Positions 40,336-53,420 of a stretch of 64,000 nt of DNA are shown here, in pieces. The position numbers were made by a program, and so were the translations under genes. The DNA lies in assembly GCF_009834535.1 (NCBI RefSeq), contig NC_045697.1:92692001-92756000 (forward strand). Direction: 5' to 3'. The notes beneath the pieces are model-generated. The model worked only from the letters and a program-made list of their open reading frames with translations. It was not told the origin of the DNA and ran no database searches. Source of the DNA: Camelus ferus. Lineage: Eukaryota. Position 1 is the stretch's first letter. Each line of letters opens with the position of its first letter.

Positions 40336-41798
40336 ACTATCCACCTATAGTAATCACTGGCAGTCTGGTACTGGAACTAGGATAGACACCTAGATCAATG
40401 GGATAGGTTTGGGAGTCTGGAAATAAACCATAACTTTAGTATGGTCTATTAATTTTTAAAATAAGGGCAAAGGTAATTTCACAGGAAAAGTAGTCTTTTC
40501 TGCACATTATATTGAGAAATCTGTGTACCCACATACAAAATAATGAATATGTACAACTACCTCACATTGTACACAAAAAGTAACTTAAATTAGATTGTAG
40601 AACTAAATATGAAAGCTGAAAGTATAGAATTCATATATATGTACACATGTATATGTGTAGAGAGAGAGAAAGATGGATAAATCTTTGAGAACTTGGGTTA
40701 GGCTATGATTTCTTAGACTGATACTAAAAGTACATGTAATTGGATAGAGATCGATAAACTAGATTGAATCAAAATTTAAAACAAACAACTTTTGTGCTCC
40801 AGAAAGCATCAACAGAAGACAATCCCAAAACTGAGAAAAAATTGAAACTCATATATCTGGTAAAGGGCTTGTGTCCACAATATATAAAAGACCCTTAAAA
40901 CTCAGCAACAAGATGAAAAACAACTTGATTTAGAAAATGAGCAAGGACTCTAATAGATCCTTCTCTAAGAATATGCAATTCATCAAAAGCACAAAAAATG
41001 TTCAACATCATTGTCATTAGGAAAGGGCCAATTAACACCACAAGGACATTCCACTTTATGGAATCCCACCAGATCTGATGGAGATTCCACCAGAATGACC
41101 ATAATCAAAAGACAAATGTTAAAAATTCAAGGATATTAAGAAATTGGAACCCTTATAATTTGCTGGTGGGGATATAAAATAATGAAACCACTTTGGAAAG
41201 CAAGTTAGCATTTCTTCAAAATGTTCAATATAGTGGTACCATATTACACAACAATTCTACACCTGGGTATTTACTCAAGAGAAATGAAAACATATATCCA
41301 CACAAAAACTTCTACATGAGTGTTTCTAATGGCATTACATAATAGCCAAAAAGTGGGAAAAAGCCAAATGTCTTTCAACAGTTAAATGGATAAGCAATAG
41401 ATAGTACGGCCATACAGTAGATTATTATTGATAATAAAAAGGAATGGAGTTACTGATGCATACTACAATCTGGATTGTCCTAAAATCATTATGTTAATTG
41501 AAAAAGCTAGTCACATATTTTATGATACCATTTATATGAAATGTTAAAAACAACATAATCAGTAGAGAAAGTAGATTAATAGTTGCCTATGCTTGGTGGT
41601 AGAAAGCAGGAATGGGAAGTGGATTGGGAGTTCCTGTCAAAGGAAATGACAGTTACCTTTTGGAGTGATGAAATGTGATAAAATTAGATGATGGTGATGA
41701 GTATTTAGCTATAAATATACTGTAAACAATGTAATTATACACTTTAAAAGGTGAATTTTATGGTATGTAATTTATATCTCAATAAGATCTTAAAAATA
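40336..41798 (+). mobile_element. L1MB-type ORF2 3' region and 3' UTR
   Basis: ctcatatatctggtaaagggcttg...ctgggtatttactcaagagaaatgaaaacatat...atactttaaaaggtgaattttatggtatgtaatttatatctcaataa. Confidence 0.88.
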
Positions 41799-42266
41799 AG
41801 AGAGGTAGATTCTTATCCTCTTGCTTCCATAGTCTTATGGAATTGTGCCAGGATATTGGTCAGTTCACCCCACATCAGAGAGACCAGAACCATGGAATCA
41901 GTGCTGTTTATATAGTTACTCTAGGAAAGGGATCAGGGCCGAATTCAAGGGTCTTCCTACTAATACAGAATATGTCTCTGTATTTTATTCTAACCATGTT
42001 GTCAGATGTACAGCACTGAATACTTTTTAAAAAAATTATTGATAAAGGAATCATCTCTCCATTATATTTTCCTTCCTGATTTTTAATGTAATATAAAAAT
42101 ATCATTTTTATTATTTATTATGTATCTGTACTAATAGAAGCTCTGTTACATTACAGTTGATCAAGTTTTCTCTACATATAGCACTAATGATCTGCAAAGG
42201 ATCTTTTTTTCTCTTTTTGTAAACTCCAAGTCTTATTTTTACTTAATACTAACCTTCATTGTATAC

Positions 42267-42471
42267 CAGTGATTCTTTACAAGGACACTTTCACCTGGGA
42301 AAACCTGGTACCTTTGGGAAACATTTTTGGTTGTTACACTGGGAGATGTTACTTTTATCTTACTGGAGAGAGACCAGGGATGCTGATAAACACCCTACCA
42401 TGCACAGGGCAGTCTGATAACGAAGAATTATTGCACTCAAAATGTAATAGTGCTGATATTGAAAAACCATG
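42267..42471 (+). mobile_element. MER20 (hAT-Charlie)
   Basis: cagtgattct...acatttttggttgttacactggg...ccagggatgctgataaacaccctaccatgcacagg...aatagtgctgatattgaaaaaccatg. Confidence 0.88.
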
Positions 42472-45079
42472 GAATAGACTATTCAGACAATATGAAGTAA
42501 TTATAATGTTAGATGATATCTTTATTTCCTGAATTTAGAGGAATGCTTTTCATGAATTGCTATCAAGTGTAATGTTGATGATTTGTTTGAAATACATTTA
42601 TTTTATTTTATTACATTTCTTTAAGCATACAAATGCACACATGTGTATATACATAAAATTATAAACATTTCCATATAATAATAATATTTCAACAATAGTT
42701 TTTATTAGCCTTTCATTTTTCTTTCTTCCAATTCTTTACATATCAGACTTAGGAAATTCATATTAATATTATTTTTAAGGACTGCCATATTTTTCTCCAT
42801 ACTCCTAAAATTACATACACACACACACGTGTATTTTTGTCATTTAGTGCAAAAGAAGGTTATATATGAGTATTATTTTGCCTGTAGCTTTTTAAACTCT
42901 ACAATACCACCTGGTAGAGCTTTACTTCATTTTTACAAAGGCTTTGTAGTATTCATGATGTGAATGGGCCAATTGCTAAACAAGTCACTTATCTGCCACG
43001 CTGAACAATTCTGCAGTAAAAATACATAATCTACCATACATACATGTAGGTACATAAAATATACGAATACATATGTATGCATATATATGAAAGTGGACTT
43101 AGTTTTATGTGGTTAAATTTGCTTGGCTGAAAGATACATGGCATATTTAAATTTAATGTAGCTTTATAAACACTTGTAAATTTAGCATTTCAACAGCAAA
43201 ATGAAAATTTGAATTTTTATATATCTGCTATCCATTGGAATTTGCATCAGTGTGGACTGACAATTATCCCTTGCCTCCTATATTTCTGATATGATTAAAT
43301 AACTATTTTAGATTTTTTCTATAGTTAACTCTTTATGCATGCTTTATAATTTTTAATCAAAACTGTATTTATATGACTGGAATTAAATAAGCTATGTTTG
43401 TGGACACACAGTTTTTTTAATGTCTAAGGATTACTTTCCTACTCCTAGATTGTACAGGTACCCTCAAAGATCTTCTTGCAATTATATTTAACTATTTTGC
43501 AACAATTTTCTAAATCATACTAAATTATATCTAAATATTGAAAGATAACAGTATGATTTTATTTCTGGTAATCATTTTGATGATACTTAATAGAATTATA
43601 GATACGGTAACTGTCCATTTAAAACATTTCTAGTCTGATATAACCATTTGTTCTTTTCATGATTAATGTTATTTTTTCCTTGGAGACTCTGTAGAATAAG
43701 CTGCAGCTTTAAAGCTTAGGTTTTCTTTGGTTTTGTTTCTGTAGTTGTTGCTATTTGTCTCTTGAATTAGCAGTAAATTTCTGTTATCTCAATAAGGAGT
43801 GTAACTTTAAAGCTAAGACATTTCTCTCTTAAGCAGGCCTGATCAATAAAACTAGATTATAAATTGCCTGAATTTTCATAAATAATTTCCAAATGGTAAT
43901 TACATTTTATGGAAGAAGCCAAAGAGAGAAATTCAAAATATATGCACATTTTAATGATTTTTCTGAAAGTATAAAATATTAGCTTTTCCTCATTAGGCTT
44001 TTCACTACAGAAAAGAAGCTGGAAAGGGACCTCTAAGTCTAAAACAAAGGACAATGTATTCCATAATGCTTATCTGATTATAAGCTGATTAAAGTTCTTC
44101 TATGCCAGCATAGAGACCGAAGTGGAAGGAAAGAAAGTGTCCTGAGTATCAATTTACCTATTATCGCTAATGAAATTAAATAATGCATGAGGGACTAGAG
44201 ATTGTAATAATAAATATGCATTGAAATACTTAACAATGCAAAGAATGAGGTGATCTTTTTAATTCATCTACAGACAAATAATTTTCAGCTTTTTAACAGT
44301 TAGATTACCCAGGCGATTGTATAGTTAGCATAAGTATCATAAGAGGTATTTTCTTTCAGGAAGAGTAATCACTCTGGTGTTAAACCGCAACTGATTTCTT
44401 ACCAAATGTTTCAAAGACTGAGTTCCACAAAATATTAGATCAAAACAAACGAACAAAAAAGGGAAATAAGAGCTAATACAGTTAAGACACAATGCTTCTG
44501 AAAGCACATTGATTGTAAGAGTTTAGGAAACATTGTGATTATTTTTGTACATTATTGTCTGTGCTGTAGTTTACTCATGTGCTTATAGTATGACATCAAT
44601 GTTTTTTATCTTCTGTGATTGCCATTAACATAGTCTAAACAATTAAAATTGATGGTCTCCAATATTAATTTCCTACCTATTTTAATGTTATGCCTTCAAA
44701 ACATAATAGAGGTGAATGATACAATGTGGATTATGTACCACAATCGTTCTTCAGTGTTAAGTTGCTTCTGATAGTATGATAACATATATATGTGACTAGT
44801 TATTAAACTTTATTAGATTATGACACAAAATGAAATTTAGAAACACCAAATATATTTTGAAACTGAATCTAAAAGAATGCTAAATAGCTTGGAAAATGAA
44901 GCAACACTCAGATTTGACTCCATCTGTCTGGTAAAATGATACTTGAATTGAGTCTCAACTAAATCATTTTTTAAAAAATCAAACAAACAAAAATATCTAC
45001 TTGCTACCAATTTCACATCATATGCCTCACATATGACTTAACTGACGTAATCCTCAAGTATGCTGCAAATTTTGATAGC

Positions 45080-45325
45080 ACTGACTTTGAAGCCAAGTGT
45101 TAATACGATTTGAATTAGCATCACATGCTCTGAGTGATCTTGGGGGATAATGCTTACTTTCCTTAAGCTTCAAATTTATCACCAATTAAAGGAAGATTAT
45201 CACAATAAACGCCCCGTGGACTTTTGAATAAAATCAATGACATAATGCCTGTAAATGTCTTAGTAAAGAGTCTGGTACCTAGTGAGTGCTCATTAAATTT
45301 AGCCATTACCTTTATTATCATTAGT
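45080..45325 (+). mobile_element. MIR SINE
   Basis: gactttgaagcc...gtgatcttggg...tgtaaatgtcttagtaaagagtctggtacctagtgagtgctcattaaatttagccatta. Confidence 0.8.
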
Positions 45326-45464
45326 ATTCTATAAGTCTGAATTTGTTTCTAATAAAACAAGTTTCCTTGTTGCATTTTGAGCCTCAGAGGAAAGAACATA
45401 AAAAGTGTTTATTAGAGATTGAGTCTGGGGAGATGAGATTCACATATATAAGGGAAGTGAGGAA

Positions 45465-45522
45465 AAAAGGAAGGAGGGAGATAGGGAGGGAGGGGAAGAG
45501 AGAGAGAGAGAGAGAGAGAGAG
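45465..45522. repeat. GA-rich and (GA)n simple repeat
   Basis: Directly visible. Confidence 0.9.
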
Positions 45523-46439
45523 GGCAATACAATATATACCGAAATGGCAGGTTTCATGATGGATGGCTTATGTTCAGTGGAAACCCAGATGTTTGAGAAT
45601 TTAGTGGAAATTGCAATAGAAAATAGACAGAAGTGGTCTTATTGAGAAACTAGAATTTAAATAGTATTGTAAATTACAGATGGAGTTTAAATTGGTAGAC
45701 CAAAAAGGGGAGGGCAGTTCAATTTGATTAATGGAGGAATTCAAAACCTATGGGGGGAAAATGATCCTTGAGCAAAGAGATGCAAAGTATAATTTAAGAA
45801 GATTAAATCTGATAGTGTACAGTATTAACTGAAAGAAAGAGAGTTAAGGTGAGAAGTATATTCATTTAATCTAGTACTTTAGACACATAGAATATCATTG
45901 GTTAAGTAATTAGGTTAGGTGAAATTACATGTATTGTGGGTAAGTCTGAATCTTTGATTTGTCTAAATTACCACAAAATTAAGTTTTACTGAATAGTTTT
46001 GCTTTATATCCCTTGTCTCAGCATAATTTTTAAGGGTTCTTTGCTCTTGCAAGTGTTTTAGTTTGGGTATATATACATATGTATGTATATGAATATGTAC
46101 TTACATATATACATATATGTACATGTATGTTAATATATGATTGTTTACCTATTTATAACTGGTTTTCTATACAGTTATTGAATATATATAGTTTTTTTTT
46201 AAAATGAGTACTATTTTACCTCAGCCTTTGGGTTAGAATTTCCTAAATCTTATATTTAGCTGCACTTTAATTACTAGTATCTTTATATTTTGTTCCACTG
46301 ACATTACACAATTGTATAGTTATAAATGAAAATTTTTAAATTGGGGAGATTTTGGTTTCTTTTAAAAAGTATCTTATGTTTATTCAGGTTAAGAACAGAA
46401 ATTCACATTCTAGAATGACAAATTGTTTCTATACTCAGT

Positions 46440-46790
46440 GTTTTGAGGTCTCTGTGCAGAAATGAGGTGGATTTCTGCCAGTTTTAGTGCAGATGTCAAG
46501 GCTGATGACATGCCACACACTAAGGTTATTTGACAGCAAGTTTATTCTTCACACAGCAGATACCTGGAGAGCAGGGCTGGCCTGATTGAATAGCAGGGGT
46601 GGATTGAGTCTTTATGGGAGGTAGAGGATGTGACTGAGGAACCGCTTCTATGTTGGGATGGAGAGTTGTGAAGTTTAAAATTCTCACCAGTGCCAAAGGG
46701 AGATTAGCAAGGGCTTGTCCAGATGTCAGGTCAAAGAAGAAAAGGAGTGTTAGACTCACAAAGAAGTCAGTGGTTAAACCTTAAACATAA
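46440..46790 (-). mobile_element. ERVL-class LTR related to the 20737-21140 element (MER54-like)
   Basis: ccaaagggag...gcttgtccagatgt...agaaaaggag parallels ccaaaggagg...gcttgaccagatgt...agaaaggag at about 21017-21080. Confidence 0.6.
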
Positions 46791-47018
46791 ATTATTATTA
46801 AATAAATTATTAAAATAAATTGTTATTAAAAATAAAGCAGATTCCTTAATACATGCATACATTAATTTTAATACTATAGTTAACTACAAAATGTTAACAA
46901 AGGTAGGGAACAATAATATAATTTTAAGAATAGCAGAAGTACTTAGTAATTAGATTTGAAAAAATACATTCAAACCATTTAAATGTCTTTGATTTACCTA
47001 TATACAACTATACATATA

Positions 47019-47227
47019 ATTTTCTTTATTGAAGTATAATCGATTTACAATGTGTTAATTTCTGATGTACAGCATAGTAATTCAGTTACACATGTGCATA
47101 TTCCTTTTCATATTCTTTTTCATTACAGGCTATTACAAGATATTAAATACAGTTCCCTGTGGTCTACAGTAGGACCTTGTTTATCTGTTTTATAGATAGT
47201 AGTTAGTATCTACAAATCCCAAACTCC
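47019..47227 (-). mobile_element. Young 5'-truncated L1 3' end (camelid-type) with a 16-bp TSD
   Basis: tttattgaagtataatcgatttacaatgtg...ttacaagatattaaatacagttccctgtg; perfect flanking repeat tacaactatacatata at 47003-47018 and 47228-47243. Confidence 0.92.
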
Positions 47228-50200
47228 TACAACTATACATATATTAAGTAATTTTTAATTTTAGTTGTACACTTATTTACACTAGTTGGCCTAAAATAAT
47301 TTATGACAAAGGTACTACTATATTCTATACATTTCTAAATGTTAAGTGAAGACTATATACTTACTGAAAAATAAACTATAAAATCATACCTTACATCAGT
47401 GTTTCTGATCTTAATATTTGACAATATTTAGAATATATAAGTTTATATTATTAAAATATTATATATTTTGTTTTTATAATTAGGTGTTTATATTTTATAT
47501 TTGCTAATTAAATTTTATATTATATATATGGACACTTAAGAAATATCTACATTTTCCCCACATTATAGATTTTTTGCAAAAGTAAGAAATAGTAATTCAA
47601 TGATAATCTAAGTAGCAATATATTAAATTCAGAAGAGCCAGGAAAGGAGTAAATACAGACATTACTCCAAAATATATATTTTCTGGAAAGAACATATGAT
47701 CATTTCAAGAAGATCAATTCATATTTAGCAAAAAATAAAATCAAATGAAGAGCAATACCAAAAAGGTATTCACAGATGTGAGACATATTAAGGAGAAAAA
47801 ACACATTGTACAGAATAGTTCTGAGGACAAATATAATTTCCTCAAAATTAATTTTTTCTACCTTCTGAATTACCTGACTTAGATTACAGGTTGAGAGATG
47901 GATGAGGTAAATAATCTCAGGAAAATAGTTTGGAATTATATGATATCATAACAATGTCAAGAGTTACTTATCATATTATTCCTGTTTAAAACTGCTTTTT
48001 CCCCTCCATCTTGAAGTACTTTTCTAAAGCACACACCCGTATGAAGCCTCACTAGCCTGATCTCACCAGCACTCAATATTAACTTCTCTGTTACACTGAA
48101 AGCACATTACTTCTGCCATAGTTAAGATCACTGCTACAGAAAATATTCCCTCTCTCTCCTGCACTGTTCAATTTTTGTTCTCAATCATATCATACCCATT
48201 AGCATACAGACATGTGAAGTTTCTCTAATTTAAAAAATAAATAAATAAAACTCTCCCTTAAATTCTCCCTAGCTGATAATCTGTACACTTTCCCATGCAG
48301 AAAAAAAAAAATCTCCTAAGGGTTGTCTATATTTTACTCTGTTTAATATCTCACTTCATTTCTTAAACCGATCATCATCTGATTTTAAAACATTATCTTT
48401 TTTAAGATCGTTAGTGACTGCCACTTTGCAATATCCAAATGTAATTCTAGTTGTCATTTTAGTTGACATATTGAATGAGTCTGCCAAAAGAAGTTGTAAA
48501 TATAAATTACAAATATATAAGTACATGTCTAAAATGGCATTTTATATACCATTTTGTCCTTCTAAGCTGTACCATGTTTATAGAAAACAAATAAATAAAT
48601 GTTGAACTTCACTCTGCAGTCAGAAGATTTTATATATTATAATGACATTAACAGATTTGTAGGTTTAAATGGATAAGATATAGTCAAGTAGAAGAAATAT
48701 GAAGAATTAGGGGAAGGAGAAAAATTACAGCAAGATTTATGATTCCTACAAAGGAGAAAATAATCTTCCTATTCCATTTTAGGCTATAAAATGTATCAAC
48801 TAAGCCATCACTTCACTGTCAATAGGCCACACTTAGGGGTATCAATGACTATAGTTTAAATTTTTGTATCAAGTACATATGATGCAGCCCCATTTCTAAG
48901 AGAATTTGCTTTCTCGATATGACAACAACAATAAGAGGTTATCAATCCAACTGATAAAACATGGGGTTTTTTGCTTTCAAAATTGATCTATCCTTTCAGA
49001 AAACTTCAGGCATGATATTTATATTAAAATGTGGAATTACTTGTCATTAAAACTTGATTGCTATGATAAGAATGTAATTAGAAACTGCTTTCAAATGTAA
49101 CAGGCATACTATTGTAATATTTATTAAACTAACTGATTGCCAAGTTTTTATATTATTGGTTCAAAACACTTCAGAATTTCATGTACTGCATCCTGAATAG
49201 CCTTCTAACAACATAGCTACATTATAAAATTTGCAAAATATGAAACAAATTCAAACTAGAAGTGATCAACTTAAGAAAGAGAAGTTTTAGTTTTGGGGAA
49301 GAAAGTAGTAAAAGGGAAACTTTTAACATTAATAAAACTTTTAGGAAAGGAGGTTACTATGAAAGGGATTTTAAAAAAGGCCTTTTTCTTTTATTTATAC
49401 CACTAAAATTAAGATATCAATGACTTTGATAATAAATTTCAGTAGATAAATTCCTTGTTCTGATTAATGTATGTTTAGCATAAAGTTCAAATGTTTTCCT
49501 GAAATTCTTAAATATTTATGTATTTTGATTTCTCATTCCAATATTTTATTGGTCAGAAACGAAGAGGGTTAGAATTTTGTGAGACGTTTTACCCAAAAAA
49601 AAGAGTAAACATATCAAATATGAGACATGCCTTGCCCTGTGCAGATTAAAAGACAGATTTTCCTGTCCAAGGGTGTCATAAACATTTTATATAAAAATCA
49701 TGTAAATGTCACTTGTCATTCCCTCTTAAACCCTCTCCAAATTTAAATGTAACAATTGATCGTTTTATGATCTTTTAATTTATTGGTTAAATAGAATATT
49801 TGGAACATTTTATGTATTTTCCAAGTTTAAAACTGAAAAATTAGTTTGCAAACCATATTTGAGTTTTAGTATAGTTCTTAAATTTTATTATTCTAATGAT
49901 ATTTCTTTCTTCTATTTTTCCCAATCCATTAATACCACTTTTTAAAAATCCCCAGCCCAAGCTAAATTCCTTCAAGAAGCCAAATCATGTTATAATTCTT
50001 ACTCTGAACATTCCTATAGTTGAATAACAGTATTTTCATTTTACCATTGTAATACAATAAAAGTGATGTGTTAAAATTGTTAAGGAAAAGGGATCTTGTA
50101 ACAGAGGACCTGAGTTCAAGTTCTAGCCCACACTTACTAAATTGGGGGAAATAGAAATAAAAATATAAAATCTATTTCCAATATTCTTTACAATGAATGA

Positions 50201-50368
50201 CTCTCTCTCTGGGTTGTATTGAAGTTTAAACAATCTAGGTGAAGACTGTTAATTATAGCAAGCTATAAAAATGTTAAAGACTACTACTGTGTTGATTTGG
50301 CATTTGTGAGTTTAGTTATTTCATATTTAAATTTATTCCTCGCTTAAATTTATAGGTCCCTTTATTGA

Positions 50369-50808
50369 TGTCAAAGACAAAACTGAGTCTGCTACAACAT
50401 ATACAAAGGCTGTTTATTCATAAAGTTGCCACAAGGGAATCCATCTGCCATCACTTACATTTCAGCAGGGGTTCAGAGGAGTTACAAAGCAGAGAAAAAA
50501 GAGTAAAACTGAGAAAGAGTCTTTGACTGGCAAACGTTCTGTGAAGGTGGGATTTTTGAAAGCTGGGAGACACTCCCATTGGTCTTCTGGTACGTTTGGC
50601 AGCCCTTGGTTGACTGCAAGGGGGCAAGTTAACAGTTTGGGGTCATTTCAGAAGAGCAAAAATTGTTCAGTATTAGAGACATAGAGTTTTCCCTGGCAAA
50701 CTCTTTCCTGGAACAAGTCGGGCGTCGACAGTCTTTTCTGCTCTCAAAATGTCATAGTCATGAAGGTCCCTCTGCAGATTGGACTGGCTGCCAGCCAGCA
50801 GTTTCTCA
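50369..50808 (-). mobile_element. ERV1-class solo LTR
   Basis: TG...CA bounded 440 bp; AATAAA on the minus strand near 50414; flanks ttga/ctga fit a 4-bp TSD. Confidence 0.65.
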
Positions 50809-51274
50809 CTGAAAACATAAAAATTTGTTAAATACTCTCTTAAACTTTATAATTTTATTTGACAACTGCTAACTGTTACTTCTTAACATTTTCAGCTTTG
50901 GTTTACAGAACATCATAATGTTCTTCCTACCATTTTGCAGTGTCCTCTGCCTCAGTCAAAGTTTTATTTTTTATCTTTCTCCTGATGTAAAAAAGTATTT
51001 CAGAAATTCAGGCCGTGGTTACCTTTTCTCAATAGTTTTCACCTCCTTATTAATTCGTATTTTAATACTTCATCTGAGGAAAAAAAAGCTGATGATTGCG
51101 TTAAGATAGGTTCTAGTTGTGCTCACTCAAAAAAATCTACAGTTACATTTATGATAAATTATTTTCAACTTTATAGCCCACCATTGGCTATGCTGTAAGT
51201 GGCTCTCCTGGCCAAAGATTCTCTATATAACTCCTATTCTAGACTCTGTCACATTGAATCTCTGTGCCTTGTTA

Positions 51275-51425
51275 AAAAATACTGTAATCTATATGAGATG
51301 ATGGGTGTTCACTAAACTTATGGTGGTAATTATATATGGTATATGTAAGTCAAGTCATTATGCTGTACACCTTAAACTTACTGCCATATATTAATTATAT
51401 CTCTATACAACTGGAAAAGAAAACT
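51275..51425 (+). mobile_element. L1MB-type 3' terminus
   Basis: gatgggtgttcactaaactta...gtcattatgctgtacaccttaaactta...tatatctctatacaactggaaaa. Confidence 0.8.
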
Positions 51426-52599
51426 ATCACTTCTGATAAACTATGTGCTTACTACCCTTTAGGATTCCGTTTCTTCAAGAAATCTTCATAAATCAAATTA
51501 CAGTGTATATTGATATGAACATTGAAAATGACAATTTTCTAATTTTAAAAATTTTTCAAGGTTACCAATTTTTTAACCTTAAAAAGACAAAACAAAACAA
51601 ACCTGCAATCTATAATATGCCATAATATCTTTTCTCTTCCTGTCTTTACTTAGCTTTTCACTTCACATGTGTGGAATTTACAGTACAGGATGTGCCCCAT
51701 ACCTCCCCTCAGTTCCCACTCATTTTCTGTTTTCCGAAGGGTACGAATCTTTTATGTCATAAAAACAGTAGTGATAGAAAATTTGCTTGAGGGAGTAGAA
51801 TAAGCCCTGAATGTTTTAAAATACAGCATCAAGGGCATGCTGCTGAAAGTATATGGCAAACAAGGAACTTCCACCTGCCCAGCTTGGATATGGGTATGGA
51901 TGAAGCAGCCACAGATGGATGCTGCTTCCGCAGTCACAACTAAATTGAAGTTAGTGAAAGATCTTTGCATGATCTTACAATTTAGTAATTCTCAGGTTTA
52001 TTTTTGTCAATGTTGCTGTTTTAAATTTTCCTGTGAATTTTAGATATTTTACTGTGGTAAAGACCTGTATTTATATTGTGAGGATCAAATAAGAAATTAA
52101 TTGAAAATTGTAGATGTGTATGTAGCATATTGCTAATGTGCAGTACATGGTTGTTGCTTCGTTCAGTCATGCATTAATTCATGAAGTCAGCCAATCAATG
52201 GCCCTCCCAGAGGCAACACTCCACTCTTCTGTCACAGCCACGAGTCAGATATTGGTCCAAAGTGCCTCTACCTGAAAGGAAACACATTTGACTCCCTTAG
52301 CTTGTGACTGAAATGTGGCATCTTCCCAACACCTGCTTACCTCTTCTGGGAGAGAGGTTTACAGTCAAATGCTCTGCAAATGAATCCTCTTTGCAATTTC
52401 TGTTTCATTCTGGTGTTGGTGAACTTTCTAAATAGTTTATGGTGACTTACCTTGATATACTTTAATGGTAATCTATTTTCTCTTTTGGTAATCTATTTTC
52501 CTTTCTTCAAACATCACTTAAAAGGGAGACGAGGACACATCTCATTTTAATATTTTACCTGTGAAAAACAAATGTGGGGTAGGGATTAGGAAGAAAATA

Positions 52600-53420
52600 T
52601 TTAAGTAGTGTGAATGAAATCCTCAGAGATAGCAAATACTTCAGTTGTGAAAAAATAAGTATTTGAAAAGAAACAATTATAAATCAATAATAATCTCTTG
52701 GAAATTAGAAGTATCATAATCAGAAAAAAATAGTAGGAAAGTTGGAAGATGAAATTGAGGAAATATTCTTAAATTTAAAACTAATGAGAAAGATAATGAA
52801 CAAAGTAGGTGAAGAAAAATAGGATATTTAAAGTTCGGTCAAGAAGTTCCAATATTCCACTAATAGGAATTCCTTCCCCCAAATTAGTGAAAACAGGGAA
52901 GAGAATCTTAAAAAAAAAAAATTCCAGGGCTTCTCATGTCACTCAGATAGAAGAGGCCTACCCAGTTCCCAGAGAAATAAGGGAATAAAGAACCACAAAA
53001 AAGCCATTGAAAAGAAAACTCAGAATTGTGTTGATGTTAAAGAGGAATAACAATCATACAAATAGCCGTAATAACTATACATATACATACACACATATAT
53101 GTACACATACATATACAAATGCATGTATGTGTGTATATGTTGAGTATGCATAATTAATCAGAAGTTAAACCAAGTTGATTACTTGGTTTAACAGTGAGTG
53201 ATATTAATATTGTCAAATAGTATAAATATTGACAATTTATTTGATTACAACTTCTGATATGACAACCTTGAGAGGATAAAAGTAGTACTTAAGGAGTATT
53301 AAGATTTTGACGAACATAATAGACAGTTGTTAATAAAGTTGCTAAATCAATTTTAAATATAAAAATATACACATGTAAATAATTGGATTAACAATCAAAG
53401 GAGAAAAAAACTAAAGTACA
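52600..53420 (+). mobile_element. HAL1 / old L1 ORF1-like remnant
   Basis: ctcttggaaattagaag...gttggaagatgaaattgaggaaat...caagaagttccaatattccactaataggaattcc...cagatagaagaggcctaccc (ORF1 RRSNI.LIG.P and QIERAH-like motifs). Confidence 0.75.
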
